Program-made: the position numbers and the translations under genes
The notes under the pieces: model-generated
Databases searched by the model: none
Told to the model about the DNA's origin: nothing
What the model saw: the letters and a program-made list of their open reading frames with translations, nothing else
NCBI GenBank assembly: GCA_965652295.1
Contig: CBFGTS010000016.1
Span: 32,001-96,000 of the forward strand
DNA: 64,000 nucleotides
Direction: 5' to 3'
Source of the DNA: an uncultured Haloferula sp.
GTDB taxonomy: Bacteria; Verrucomicrobiota; Verrucomicrobiia; Verrucomicrobiales; Akkermansiaceae
Shown here: piece by piece, positions 40,621-50,920 of the stretch
How positions within the stretch are numbered: position 1 is the first letter of the stretch
Layout of the letters: the number at the start of each line of letters is the position of its first letter

Positions 40621-41925
40621 ATGAAGATTCCGTTCATCCTCGCCTGTGCTACGGCATGCATCGTAGCCGCCCCCGCCAACGACGCGCTCGACATCCTCGA
40701 GGGCAACAAGAAGGTCGATGACGTCACGCTGCCGCCGCTGCCCGACGGCGCGGAAGGCGCGGAGGAGGAAAAACCGGCCGTGTTCGTGGAGAAGGCGTGG
40801 TCGCCGAATCCGAGGCTCGACCCGATCTGGTCGCGCGCCGTGCTTTACGACAAGCCCGATGATCCGTGGGTCCAGCAGCTTGCGATCATGGGATTCTTCG
40901 AATTCGGCGGCGCGTGGGGCGATGCCGAGGTCGAGGGAGCTCGGAACGTCGAGCTGGACACCAGCCGCACGCGCCGTGCGCGGCTGGGCGCGCGGATGAA
41001 GATTTTCGGCAACACGGAGATCGAGACGGTGGGCGAGTTCGCCGGCGACAGTGAGTTCCAGCGACTGGAGCGGTTGAAAGGAAAGACCGGACTGCCGAAG
41101 GGGTTTGCGGTCGAATACGGCAAGTTCCGCCCGCATTTCGGAATCGAGGGCTCGAAGGATCCGCACCAGCTCCTCACGCCGGAGCGTTCGCTGCTGGCGT
41201 CGATGTTGATGCCTGCCAGCACCTTGGGAGCGTCCGTTTCCCAGCAGATCAATGCCTGGGAATGGCACCTCGGATGGTTTTCCGGGGACAATGATCGCTA
41301 CGTTCCGGGCTTCGAGGGCAACGGATTCATCGCCGCGGGCCTCGCGTATCAGATGGATGAGCGGATCGAGGGCGGCGACGTGATGCGCACGCGCTGGCAC
41401 CTCGACTACATCCACAACATGGACCACCGGAAGAGCCGGTCGATTCCGCGCTACAACGTCGCAGGCAGGACGGCGGCGAACGGTCCCCAAGGTCCGATTT
41501 CGAATCCGGCGTTCCGGCATCTCGTTTCCACCGGCTTTTCGGCGGAGGGCGAACGCTTCGGTTTCGAGGGCGACTTCATGCTGGCGAACGGCGATCTCAA
41601 CGCGTGGGGCATGACGCTCACGCCGAGCTACTGGGTGCTTCCCGAGCGCCTGCAAATCGTGGGCCGCTACCACTACGCGGACACCGACGCGGCGGGCGGA
41701 CTCATCGGCGGGCTCGGTGTGGGTGGCGATCCGCTTTTCGACACTTCACCGCTGTTCGTGGGCGACGAGTTTCATTCATTCTACCTCGGGGCCAACCTGC
41801 ATCTTTATCAGGACAAGGTCGTGTGGCTCAACGGCCTTGAGTATTCCATCATGAAGGACCAGGCCGGTGCCGGGTTCGACACCGACGGCTTCATCTGGCA
41901 TTCCGCCGCACGGGTATCGTTCTAA
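40621..41925 (+). CDS. Outer-membrane porin, probably phosphate-selective porin O/P family
   Basis: Signal peptide; 'RRARLG', 'GKFRPHFGIEG...LLTPERS' resemble OprO/P signatures; amphipathic strands; C-terminal Phe. Confidence 0.65.
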   Translation: MKIPFILACATACIVAAPANDALDILEGNKKVDDVTLPPLPDGAEGAEEEKPAVFVEKAWSPNPRLDPIWSRAVLYDKPDDPWVQQLAIMGFFEFGGAWGDAEVEGARNVELDTSRTRRARLGARMKIFGNTEIETVGEFAGDSEFQRLERLKGKTGLPKGFAVEYGKFRPHFGIEGSKDPHQLLTPERSLLASMLMPASTLGASVSQQINAWEWHLGWFSGDNDRYVPGFEGNGFIAAGLAYQMDERIEGGDVMRTRWHLDYIHNMDHRKSRSIPRYNVAGRTAANGPQGPISNPAFRHLVSTGFSAEGERFGFEGDFMLANGDLNAWGMTLTPSYWVLPERLQIVGRYHYADTDAAGGLIGGLGVGGDPLFDTSPLFVGDEFHSFYLGANLHLYQDKVVWLNGLEYSIMKDQAGAGFDTDGFIWHSAARVSF

Positions 41926-42002
41926 CGAAGCCCCTCAGGAGAGCGGCTTTGCAAACCGCTGCCTTCTTTCGGTCGGCCAGGGCTGCCCGACCCTACCTTG
42001 CG

Positions 42003-42653
42003 TCACTCCACGGTGACGGGCGTGCCGACCTTCACCTTGCGGAAAACGGTGGGGACGATGGCGCGCGGTCCGCGGATGCAGCCGTGGGATGCGGGATAGC
42101 GGGGGACGTTGCCGATGTGGTGGCCGACGCCGTCATTGGTCAGCCGCATCCAGTAAGGCATTGGCGCGCCGGTAAAACTTCCGCCTTCGGGAACCTCGGA
42201 GGGTTTTTCCACGCCATGGACACGCTCGCCCTCGGCATCGAAGACCTTGCCGTAGGCGTTGGAGCTCTTGTCGATTGTCTTTTCGAGGATCGTGTAATCT
42301 CCGGCAGGGGTCGGGAAGCCGCCCTTGCCGGTGGAAACAGGATAGTCGATGGCCACCTCGTCCCCGTTCATCAGGAAACCGCGCTGGAGTTTGCGTGAGA
42401 TCACCAGGCGCGAATTGCTCGCATTGGTCCGCGAAAGGACCTCCTCGTTCTTCCAGATCTTTTGGGTCTTCGGGTAGCTCCGCTCGGCCTTGAAATGCTC
42501 GTAGGTGCCCGGCTCGTAAGGGTTGATCGGCCGGCCTTCCTTATCGACCGGTTTGCCGTCTTCTCCGAGTCTGATTCCGGGCTCCTTCGCGCAGTTCGCC
42601 ACCAGTAGGGTGAGCAGCGTGAGAGACAGGGCCTTGATCCACAGTTTTTTCAT
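42003..42653 (-). CDS. L,D-transpeptidase (YkuD family) lipoprotein
   Basis: Lipobox 'VANC'; 'PVSTGK...TPAG', 'MPYWMR', 'SHGCIR'. Confidence 0.92.
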   Translation of the reverse strand: MKKLWIKALSLTLLTLLVANCAKEPGIRLGEDGKPVDKEGRPINPYEPGTYEHFKAERSYPKTQKIWKNEEVLSRTNASNSRLVISRKLQRGFLMNGDEVAIDYPVSTGKGGFPTPAGDYTILEKTIDKSSNAYGKVFDAEGERVHGVEKPSEVPEGGSFTGAPMPYWMRLTNDGVGHHIGNVPRYPASHGCIRGPRAIVPTVFRKVKVGTPVTVE

Positions 42654-42706
42654 GTGCCAGAAGGGGATTGGGCGGAGCCTATACCCTCCTGATGCCGGGG
42701 GCGCAA

Positions 42707-44044
42707 TCATTTGGATTCGCCGGGGTCGAGGGCCTCGGCCCGCTTCCGCAAGGCTGTGGCGGCGGTTTGATTGCGGTTTTCCGATTCCCAGAGGGAGGCC
42801 AGCTCCCGCAGAGCGGCGGCGGTTTCCGCCCGGGCTTCGGGCGGGTAGGTTTTGATGGCGGCGCGCAGGCGTTCTTCCGCGGCGGCGGTGCGGCCGGTCT
42901 CGATCAGGTGGGCGGCGAAGGCCCGTTGGAAATCCGGATCCGCGGCGGGTCCGTCGGGGCCCGAGAGCGCTTCAGCCTCGCGGAACCTGCCTGCAGCGAG
43001 AGTCGTGGTTTCCGGATCACGCCGCGTGGCGACGGCGAGCAGCACCGCCAGCCGCGGATCCTCCGGGTGCTCAAAGATGCCTTTTTCCAGCAGCAGACGC
43101 GCTTTCCGTGGTTCCCCGGCTGCCAGCCACTCCTCCGCCAGGTCGGCGAACTCATCCGTGTCCCCGCCACGGAGCTTCAACAGTTCCGCCGCGTGCCCGC
43201 GTGCCCGTGCGGGGTCGTCGATTTTGCGGAAATACTTGGCCAGGGCCTGGTGAGCGAGCCAGCGGCGGCGATCAATCTCCAGCACCTTTTCGAGCGCTTC
43301 CACGCCCTCGCTGCCGTGGTCGCCGGCGAAAAGCAACACGCCCAGCCGCGTCCTCATGGAGAGCGACGATGGCGCGACCTCGACGTGCCGCCGCAGAACA
43401 TCGATGGCCCGGTCGAGCCGCCCGGTGGTGCGGAAATGTTCGCTCGCCGCCTTGGCCAGGCCCGCATCGGCGGGGAACGAGGTCAGCGTCCGATCGAGCA
43501 TTGCATCGACCCGCTGCCGCGCCCCGGCGTCATCCGCCGGGAAGAGGTTGCGCGCCAATTCCAGGCCGAATCTTGCCATGGACGGCGAGGTGCCTGTTTC
43601 CGCCTCGGCGAACATCGCCAGCGAGCGCTCGCGTAATCCGCGCAGCTCGTAATTGCGGAACAACCGGCGCTGGACGCCGATGCTGGCGGGGAACCTTTCC
43701 GCCGCTTGTTCCAACGTGTTTCCCGCCAAGGCGGCGGCCGCATCGTCCTGCGGGGCTACATTGAGCAGGACATCGGCGTAGGCGAGCTGCGCCTCCAGCC
43801 GCTCCGGATGCCGATGGGCGAACTCCCGGTAGAGAGTCACCGCCGCTTTTTCCTCGCCCGCCGCGAGCCGCTGGACGGCAACTTCCTTGACCAAGGGCCA
43901 CGCATCGGGATCGGCGGCCAGCGCCTTTTCGTAGAACGGTCGCGGGTCACGATCGCGCGCGGCTTCCAGCACGCCCCGGGCGAAATCGACCTTCGGATCC
44001 GCCAGCAGCGGGGCCGTGAGGGCGAGGATCACGAGGCGTTTCAT
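42707..44044 (-). CDS. TPR-repeat protein
   Basis: Signal-like N-terminus; Ala/Leu-rich TPR-like helices throughout. Confidence 0.75.
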   Translation of the reverse strand: MKRLVILALTAPLLADPKVDFARGVLEAARDRDPRPFYEKALAADPDAWPLVKEVAVQRLAAGEEKAAVTLYREFAHRHPERLEAQLAYADVLLNVAPQDDAAAALAGNTLEQAAERFPASIGVQRRLFRNYELRGLRERSLAMFAEAETGTSPSMARFGLELARNLFPADDAGARQRVDAMLDRTLTSFPADAGLAKAASEHFRTTGRLDRAIDVLRRHVEVAPSSLSMRTRLGVLLFAGDHGSEGVEALEKVLEIDRRRWLAHQALAKYFRKIDDPARARGHAAELLKLRGGDTDEFADLAEEWLAAGEPRKARLLLEKGIFEHPEDPRLAVLLAVATRRDPETTTLAAGRFREAEALSGPDGPAADPDFQRAFAAHLIETGRTAAAEERLRAAIKTYPPEARAETAAALRELASLWESENRNQTAATALRKRAEALDPGESK

Positions 44045-44205
44045 GGCCCGATGCTCCTTCCGCATGGGGCCGGGTGGCCAGCGGAAACCGCGCGCCCTCT
44101 GATCACCATCCGGCTCGCCGGGAAGGGAGGCGTCGCCCGGGCGATTTGGATTTCCCGCCGCGGGGGTTGGAATCCGGCAGGCTTTGTGCTGGTTTCCCTC
44201 CGTCC

Positions 44206-46863
44206 ATGCAGAGCGAAAAGGAACGACTCGCCGAATCCCCGAAACGCAGCTCCGCGTGGCGTCGCTGGGGGCCGTACCTGAGCGAGCGCCAGTGGGGGAC
44301 GGTGCGCGAGGACTACTCGGCCAGCGGCTGGAGCTGGGGCGCTTTTCCGCACGACCACGCCCGTCGCCGCGCCTACCGGTGGGGCGAGGACGGTCTGCAG
44401 GGCTGGACCGACCGCCAATGCCGTCTGTGTTTCGCCCCCGCGCTGTGGAACGGCAAGGATCCGATCCTCAAGGAGCGCCTCTTCGGCCTCGGCGGCCACG
44501 AGGGGAACCACGGTGAGGACGTCAAGGAGTGCTACTACTACCTCGATTCCACGCCGACCCACTCCTACACCAAGGCGCTCTACAAGTACCCGCAGTGCGA
44601 ATTCCCCTACACCCGCCTGCGCAACGAGAATGCCTCCCGCCCCCGTAGCGAGCCCGAGCTGGAACTTGCCGACCTCGGCGTGTTCGACGAGGGACGCTAT
44701 TTCGACGTCGTCCAGGAGGTCGCCAAGCGCACCCCCGAGGACATTCTGTGGCGGATCAGCATCACCAACCGCGGGCCCAAACCCGCGCCGATCCATCTGC
44801 TGCCGCAGCTCTGGTTCCGCAACACGTGGAGCTTCGGCGTGCTGCGGGAGGAGCCGGTGGAAAAGCCGACGATCACCCTGGAGGATGGTTCCCTGCTGCT
44901 CACCCACTCGACGCTCGGCCGCTTCCATTTCGTGGCGGAAACCGCGGAAGGCGGCCCTCCTGTGAAATGGCTTTTCACCGACAACGAAACCAACGAGCCG
45001 TCGGTGTTCGGGGTGAAGGCGAGTCACAAATATTTCAAGGATGGCTTCGACCGCCACCTCATTCATGGAGACAAGGACGCCGTCTCGAAAAGACCGACCG
45101 GAACCAAGGCGGCGGCCTGGTTCAAAGCCCGCATCCCGGCGGGGAAAACCGTCGTCTTCCGCTGCCGTCTGCACCGGGCGAAGGAGGACAACGGCCTCGC
45201 GGGACTGGAACAGTTCGACGAAACCTTTGCCGCCCGCGAGGCGGAGTGCGATGAATTTTACCGTCAGGTCATGCCCCACGGGGCCTCGGACGAGGAGCGG
45301 CTGATCTGCCGTCAGGGGTACGCCGGCCTGTTGTGGACGAAGCAGTTCTACCACTACGCCATCGATGAGTGGCTCTCCGGCGACAAGAACGGCCCGCGGC
45401 CACCCGTCGAGCGCATGAAGGGCCGCAATCACGACTGGGGCCACTTCCTCGCCCGTGATGTGCTCTCCATGCCCGACAAATGGGAGTACCCCTGGTTCGC
45501 CGCCTGGGACACCGCCTTCCACATGATCCCCTTCGCGCGGATCGATCCGGAATTCGCCAAGCACCAGCTCCTTCTGCTACTACGGGAGTGGTACATGCAC
45601 CCGAACGGGCAGCTCCCGGCCTACGAGTGGAATTTCTCCGACGTCAACCCGCCGGTCCACGCCTGGGCCGTCTGGCGGGTGTACAAGATCGCCGCCAAAA
45701 ACGGCGACCGCGACCTGCTGTTCCTCGAGCGCTGTTTCCAGAAGCTGCTGCTCAACTTCACCTGGTGGGTCAACCGCAAGGACGCCGACGGCAACCACGT
45801 CTTCGGCGGCGGCTTCCTCGGGCTCGACAACATCGGCGTCTTCGACCGCTCCCACCATCTGCCCGATGGCTCGACGCTCTTCCAGGCGGACGGCACCGCG
45901 TGGATGGCCGGCTACTGCCTCACCATGCTCACCATGGCGTTGGAGCTCGCCCGCACGCGCCCGGCCTACGAGGACATCGCCTCGAAATTCTTCGAGCACT
46001 TCGTTTCCATCACCGATGCGATCAACTCCGATGAAAACAACGGCCTGTGGGATGAAGAGGACGGCTTCTACTATGACCGCCTGATTTTCGACGACCAGGA
46101 GTCCGTGCCCCTGCGTACCCGCTCGCTCGTCGGGCTGCTGCCGTTGTGCGCGTCCACGGTGCTCAACCAGTCGCACCTCGATGAGCTGCCCGGCTTCCGC
46201 AAGCGGGTCGACTACTTTCTCACCATCCGGCCCGACCTCCTGCGCTACATCAAGGTTCGCCGTCACGATGGCGAGAAGAACCCCGTGCGCTGCCTGCTCG
46301 CCATTCCCACCGAGCGGCGGCTGCTGCGCTGCATGGAGCGGCTCACCGATCCGAAGGAGTTCCTCAGCCGGTTCGGCATCCGCTCCCTCTCCAAAGCCCA
46401 CGAGAAGCCGTTCGTCTTCGAGCACGGCGGCCAGCGCAATGAAGTCGCCTACACCCCCGGTGAGTCGGATACCGACATGTTCGGCGGCAACTCGAACTGG
46501 CGCGGACCGATCTGGTTCCCCATCAACTTCATCATCATCGAGGCACTCGAACGCTATCACTATTTTTATGGCGACACGCTCAAGGTCGAGTATCCCAAGG
46601 GCTCCGGAAATGAGGTGACCTTCCGCGAGGTGGCCGAGGACCTCTCGAACCGCCTCGTCTCACTCTTCAAGCCGGACGAAAACGGCTACCGCCCGTGTTT
46701 CGGCGAAGCCAAGCGGTACACCGACGTGGCGCATTGGCAGCACCTGCTCCTCTTCCACGAGTATTTCCACGCCGAGACCGGCGAAGGCCTCGGCGCATCC
46801 CACCAGACTGGCTGGACGGCTCTGGTCATCCGTTTGATCCGCGAGCAGCTGGAAAAGGAGTAA
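44206..46863 (+). CDS. GH63 (MGH1-like) glycoside hydrolase, cytoplasmic
   Basis: '[18 protein letters not shown]', '[14 protein letters not shown]', 'GFLGLDN', 'NSNWRGPIW', 'GASHQTGWT'. Confidence 0.9.
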   Translation: MQSEKERLAESPKRSSAWRRWGPYLSERQWGTVREDYSASGWSWGAFPHDHARRRAYRWGEDGLQGWTDRQCRLCFAPALWNGKDPILKERLFGLGGHEGNHGEDVKECYYYLDSTPTHSYTKALYKYPQCEFPYTRLRNENASRPRSEPELELADLGVFDEGRYFDVVQEVAKRTPEDILWRISITNRGPKPAPIHLLPQLWFRNTWSFGVLREEPVEKPTITLEDGSLLLTHSTLGRFHFVAETAEGGPPVKWLFTDNETNEPSVFGVKASHKYFKDGFDRHLIHGDKDAVSKRPTGTKAAAWFKARIPAGKTVVFRCRLHRAKEDNGLAGLEQFDETFAAREAECDEFYRQVMPHGASDEERLICRQGYAGLLWTKQFYHYAIDEWLSGDKNGPRPPVERMKGRNHDWGHFLARDVLSMPDKWEYPWFAAWDTAFHMIPFARIDPEFAKHQLLLLLREWYMHPNGQLPAYEWNFSDVNPPVHAWAVWRVYKIAAKNGDRDLLFLERCFQKLLLNFTWWVNRKDADGNHVFGGGFLGLDNIGVFDRSHHLPDGSTLFQADGTAWMAGYCLTMLTMALELARTRPAYEDIASKFFEHFVSITDAINSDENNGLWDEEDGFYYDRLIFDDQESVPLRTRSLVGLLPLCASTVLNQSHLDELPGFRKRVDYFLTIRPDLLRYIKVRRHDGEKNPVRCLLAIPTERRLLRCMERLTDPKEFLSRFGIRSLSKAHEKPFVFEHGGQRNEVAYTPGESDTDMFGGNSNWRGPIWFPINFIIIEALERYHYFYGDTLKVEYPKGSGNEVTFREVAEDLSNRLVSLFKPDENGYRPCFGEAKRYTDVAHWQHLLLFHEYFHAETGEGLGASHQTGWTALVIRLIREQLEKE

Positions 46864-46912
46864 GCGCTTCGTTGAGCGGGCATGTATCCAAGGCTCGAAG
46901 CGCTTTTTAGAT

Positions 46913-47026
46913 CACGGAGACACCGAGAAAACAGAGGCCACGGAGAAAGGCAGGGCTGCGGCTTTTTAGCGCGACCCGTGCTCGGGTTCTACTCCGTGGC
47001 CTCCGTTTTCTCTCAGTGTCTCCGTG
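46913..47026. repeat. Long inverted repeat built from ~9-bp CACGGAGnn units
   Basis: Left arm CACGGAGA-CACCGAGAA-AACAGAGGC-CACGGAG (46913-46945); right arm CTCCGTGGC-CTCCGTTTT-CTCTCAGTGT-CTCCGTG (46992-47026). Confidence 0.85.
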
Positions 47027-47146
47027 TTGGAAAGAAAGACCGCCCAGTTGTGAACTGGCCTTGTACAAACCTAACGGAGGGCCAGAGAGTAGAGGGAGCG
47101 CCGATGATGAAATCGGCGTCTCCGTACTCCGGCCGCTCGTTTCCCA

Positions 47147-48412
47147 TCACGCCTCACCGGGAATCGGCGGGACCTCGGCAGGAAGCTCGACCGGTCCCTT
47201 CTCGAAGGCGAGGGCCGTGGGTTGGAGGGTGAGGTTGTAGAACGGCGATTTCTCGTTCTTCAGGAGGTCCACCCAGCGGACCATCTGGCCGGTGTAGGCG
47301 GAGATGCGGCCCATGATGGCGGCGGCGGTGACCTCGGCGATGCGCTCGGCGTCGTTGAGCGGCTTTTCCTCCAGCACGCCGCGCAGCAGATCGACGTGCT
47401 CCTGAACCATGGCGTTGTCACTATCGACGGTGATGTCGGGAATCGAGACGTCCTTGCCGTCGAGCTTGCCACCACCGTAGCAGGCACCGGACGCGCCGGT
47501 GAACATCTCGCCGACGCGGCTGTAAGCCCCGGCGAGCTGGCGGCACTGGCTGTGGATGTGAACGTCGTCACCGAAGTCGAAATCGACGCTGAAGAAGTCG
47601 AACTGATTCCCGGTGCGGCGACGCGCGCGCCCGCCGAAGCCGAGTGCGGAAACGGGCATGCGACCGAGGAACCAGCAGGCGATGTCGATCTGGTGGACGT
47701 GCTGCTCGACGATGTGATCGCCGGAAAGCTCGACGAAGTTCAGCCAGTTGCGGGTGAGGTATTCGGTGTCCGACCAGCCATCCTGGCGGTCGCGGATCCA
47801 GGGGATTTCGCCGTTCCACTGGATGACTCCGCCGCGGAGGTCGCCGATGGCCCCTGCGTCGATCTTCGCCTTGTTGAGGAGGTATCCCTTCTGGTGGCGG
47901 CGCTGGGTGCCGGCGACCACGCCGAGGCCCTTGGAGGCCGCGAGCTTGCCGGTCTCGATGACCGAGCGGCAGCCGGGGGCGTCGACGGCGACGGGCTTTT
48001 CCATGAAGACGTGTTTCTCCGCCTCGACCGCGGCGGCGAAATGGACCGGCCGGAAGGCGGGAGGCGTGGCGAGAAGGACGAAGTTGCAGTCGGTTTTCAG
48101 GGCCTTCTGGTAGGCGTCGTAGCCGGAAAAGACCTGGTCCGCGGGGACGTTGTGGTGCTTCGCGGTCCCCTCGGCGTTCTCTTTGAAGGCGTCCGCCGTG
48201 GCCACCACCTTGGCCTGGAGCTTGAGGATCTTGCAGGCCTCAAGGAAATCGTTGACGGCACCGTTGCCGCGGCCGCCGCAGCCGACGAGAGCGACCTTGA
48301 TTTCAGGGGCGCTGCCTGCGACTTGGGCGAAGAGATGAGGCGCGGCGGCCAGCGAGGCCCCGGCGAGGGTGCCTTGTTTCAGGAAACGACGGCGGGAGTG
48401 GAACGGAGTCAT
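47147..48412 (-). CDS. Tat-exported Gfo/Idh/MocA oxidoreductase
   Basis: 'SRRRFLK' Tat motif; 'VGCGGRG', 'ATPPAFRP', 'MEKPVAVD', 'EQHVH'. Confidence 0.93.
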   Translation of the reverse strand: MTPFHSRRRFLKQGTLAGASLAAAPHLFAQVAGSAPEIKVALVGCGGRGNGAVNDFLEACKILKLQAKVVATADAFKENAEGTAKHHNVPADQVFSGYDAYQKALKTDCNFVLLATPPAFRPVHFAAAVEAEKHVFMEKPVAVDAPGCRSVIETGKLAASKGLGVVAGTQRRHQKGYLLNKAKIDAGAIGDLRGGVIQWNGEIPWIRDRQDGWSDTEYLTRNWLNFVELSGDHIVEQHVHQIDIACWFLGRMPVSALGFGGRARRRTGNQFDFFSVDFDFGDDVHIHSQCRQLAGAYSRVGEMFTGASGACYGGGKLDGKDVSIPDITVDSDNAMVQEHVDLLRGVLEEKPLNDAERIAEVTAAAIMGRISAYTGQMVRWVDLLKNEKSPFYNLTLQPTALAFEKGPVELPAEVPPIPGEA

Positions 48413-48517
48413 CGGATGGAGATGGATTTGGAATGAACGCCGGAGCGGAATCGCTCGGACAGCAGCTAGGAACGGTTTCGCGGTTCGCGAAATTTCAACG
48501 GTTGGCGATTACCCACG

Positions 48518-48552
48518 AAAAAGCGCCGCCGGAACATTCCGGCGGCGCTTTT
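48518..48552. terminator. Bidirectional-type intrinsic terminator after the thioredoxin gene
   Basis: AAAAAGCGCCGCCGGAA-ca-TTCCGGCGGCGCTTTT. Confidence 0.85.
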
Positions 48553-48577
48553 GGAGAAATCGCTGGGACGGGCGGTG

Positions 48578-49597
48578 TTACTCGGCGGGCTCGTCCTTTT
48601 CGGCGTCGTCCGCGGCACCTTCCTCGGGTTCCTCAGCGGCGCCTTCCTCGGACTCCTCGGCAGCACCCGTGGACTGGGCGGCCATCTGGGACACGCGCTC
48701 CTTGAAGGCGTCGATGTTGCCGCCGATCTCCGAATCCGGATCGACGGCCTTGGCTTCGTCGAAGGCCGTGAGGGCTTCATCGAAGCGGCCCAGCTGGGCC
48801 AGAATCATGGCCTTGATGGTGGCGATCTGCTGCTTCTGCTCGCCTTTGAAATCGCCGGTCTCAAGGGTTTCGGCGACGTACTTCAGCGCGCTGTCGTGGT
48901 CGCCCTTCTGAGCGAATTCGTTGAGCTTCGACTCGAAATCGACGTAGCGCTGCTTCTCCTCCATTTTGGCGACGTAGCCGGTCTTATCGTCGGGGTCGGC
49001 GGCTTTGATTTTCTCCACCACGCCGTCGTAGAACTGAGCCACCATCGCCTCATCAAGGGCCATGGTTTCCAGGGCATTCACGAGTGCCTCGGCCTTCTCG
49101 GCTCCTTCAAGTTCCTCGGCCTTTTCGAAGGCGGCGTCGCGCGCTTTCCGGTTCTCGAGCAGCTTGTCGAGGTGCTCCACGTAGGCCTCGGCACCGCCTT
49201 CCTGATAGCCGGTGGTGGCGAAGGGACGGCCCTCGGCGTCGGCCAGGACGATGGTGGGAAAGCCCTGGATGCCGTATTTTTCCTGAAGCTCGGCGTTCTG
49301 CTTCTGGGTTTCTTCGGAGAGCTTCGAGGTGTCTTGCGGGAAATCCAGTTCCACGAGCACGAACTTGTCCTTCACGCCTTCCTTGAAGGCATCCTTCTGG
49401 AAGACCTCCTCGTTGAGCTTGATGCACCAGCCGCACCAGTCGGAGCCGGTGAAGTCCATGAGCAGGGATTTGTTGTCTTTGGCGGCTTCGGCCTTGGCGG
49501 CATCGAAGTCCGACGTCCAGCCCTCGCCCGCGGCGAAAGCGCTTCCGATGGCCATCGCGCAGACAACCGATTTGAAGAGGCGGGTAATTTGCATCAT
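48578..49597 (-). CDS. Periplasmic thioredoxin-family protein with TPR-like and acidic C-terminus
   Basis: Signal peptide; 'DFTGSDWCGWCIKL', 'GFPTIVL'. Confidence 0.9.
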   Translation of the reverse strand: MMQITRLFKSVVCAMAIGSAFAAGEGWTSDFDAAKAEAAKDNKSLLMDFTGSDWCGWCIKLNEEVFQKDAFKEGVKDKFVLVELDFPQDTSKLSEETQKQNAELQEKYGIQGFPTIVLADAEGRPFATTGYQEGGAEAYVEHLDKLLENRKARDAAFEKAEELEGAEKAEALVNALETMALDEAMVAQFYDGVVEKIKAADPDDKTGYVAKMEEKQRYVDFESKLNEFAQKGDHDSALKYVAETLETGDFKGEQKQQIATIKAMILAQLGRFDEALTAFDEAKAVDPDSEIGGNIDAFKERVSQMAAQSTGAAEESEEGAAEEPEEGAADDAEKDEPAE

Positions 49598-49744
49598 GCG
49601 GAAACGCTCGGATGGCATCCGCCGATGTCGAGCGAATTCCGGCCGGAACGCGAAATTGCGTGGAGCGCCGAATATGAATTCGGCACCGCCTTCGACGAAA
49701 GCGCCGGCTTGTCCAAGCCAGCCGGCTGAGCAAGAAACAGGCAC

Positions 49745-50395
49745 ATGGAACCCCTGCAGACCGCCGCCGCCTACGATCGGATCGCCGCTTGGTGGCGGGA
49801 CCAGCATGCCACGTCCGTTTATGGACTCGCCGCGCTCCGTCGCGTGCTGGTGCTATCGCCGAAGACGGGACGGGCGATCGATATCGGATGTGGCAGCGAG
49901 GGACGCTTCATCCGTGCCTTCCGGGAGGCGGGCTTCGAGGCTTCGGGCATCGACGCCTCGGCGGAAATGATCCGCTTGATCGAGGAACGTCATCCGTGGG
50001 CGGAGTTCGAGACGGTCGATGTCTGTGATTGGCAACCGCGTGGAACCTACGAACTGATCACTGCGTGGGACTCCACCTTTCACCTGCCGCTGGACCAGCA
50101 GGAACCGGTGCTGGCCACGCTCTGCCAAGCGCTGGCACCGGAGGGCGTGCTGCTTTTCACCTGCGGTGCCGCGGCCGAAGCGGGTGAGGTGAGCGGTTCT
50201 TTCGCCGGCGAGGAGTTCGAATACAGCACCTTGGGCATCCCCCGTTACCTAGAACTTCTGCATGCCCACGGTTGCCTGGTCGTGCATGTCGAGCTGGACC
50301 AATACCCCGAAACCCATACAGTCATCATCGCCCGTAAACTTCCGGGAACAGGCTGTCGGGCTCCTGCCTTGTGCCAATCTGGATCATTGGCATGA
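49745..50395 (+). CDS. Class I SAM-dependent methyltransferase
   Basis: 'AIDIGCGSEG', 'GIDASAEM', 'WDSTFHL'. Confidence 0.88.
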   Translation: MEPLQTAAAYDRIAAWWRDQHATSVYGLAALRRVLVLSPKTGRAIDIGCGSEGRFIRAFREAGFEASGIDASAEMIRLIEERHPWAEFETVDVCDWQPRGTYELITAWDSTFHLPLDQQEPVLATLCQALAPEGVLLFTCGAAAEAGEVSGSFAGEEFEYSTLGIPRYLELLHAHGCLVVHVELDQYPETHTVIIARKLPGTGCRAPALCQSGSLA

Positions 50396-50435
50396 TCAGA
50401 ACCAGCAACCAAGAATCGGCGTCCCTACCTATTAG

Positions 50436-50864
50436 ATGATTGGCGATATCGTGATAGTCCAATTCTCGCTACTGGCATGCTCGCAGTGCGCCTACGACCG
50501 AGTCATGTCGACATGGTATGTGTTCGCAGCGATTCGAGTAGGAGTGGTTCTTGTGGTCGCCAAAGATCGCTTGGACTTGGTGCGGATACTGGGACTGTTC
50601 GCGCTATTCGAGGCCGCGTACTTTCTCGCATGGCGGTTTCTGGTCTGGTATTCGCACCCGTCGGTTTCTGGCGGAACGGTTGAGAAGATTGCGTCGGCGG
50701 GGCTTTTGGTCCTCTCGGCGGGTGTCCCGGCGGTAGCGGTTTTGTGGTGTGCCGCTCAAGTCCCCTATTTTCGGAAGTCGGAAGTGAATCGGCTGAGTCT
50801 CAAGAGAGCGTTGTTGTTGATTCCCTCACTCTTCGTCGTTTCCTTGCTTCAACCCGCAGTGTGA
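50436..50864 (+). CDS. Hypothetical membrane protein
   Basis: About four hydrophobic segments; fills the gap between two genes; visibly more AT-rich than its neighbours. Confidence 0.5.
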   Translation: MIGDIVIVQFSLLACSQCAYDRVMSTWYVFAAIRVGVVLVVAKDRLDLVRILGLFALFEAAYFLAWRFLVWYSHPSVSGGTVEKIASAGLLVLSAGVPAVAVLWCAAQVPYFRKSEVNRLSLKRALLLIPSLFVVSLLQPAV

Positions 50865-50920
50865 AAACAACAAGCGGAAGGTGGAGTAGCTCAACTGCTT
50901 GAGCCGCTCCCCGTGCGAAA

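Noticed and set aside
44206..46863. GH63 linked to the mannoside cluster as a mannosylglycerate pathway
   Set aside because: It lies about 30 kb away, no shared operator was seen upstream, and its substrate cannot be inferred from sequence.
46862..47123. CRISPR array
   Set aside because: The repeats are inverted and internally periodic, with no repeat-spacer series and no cas genes.
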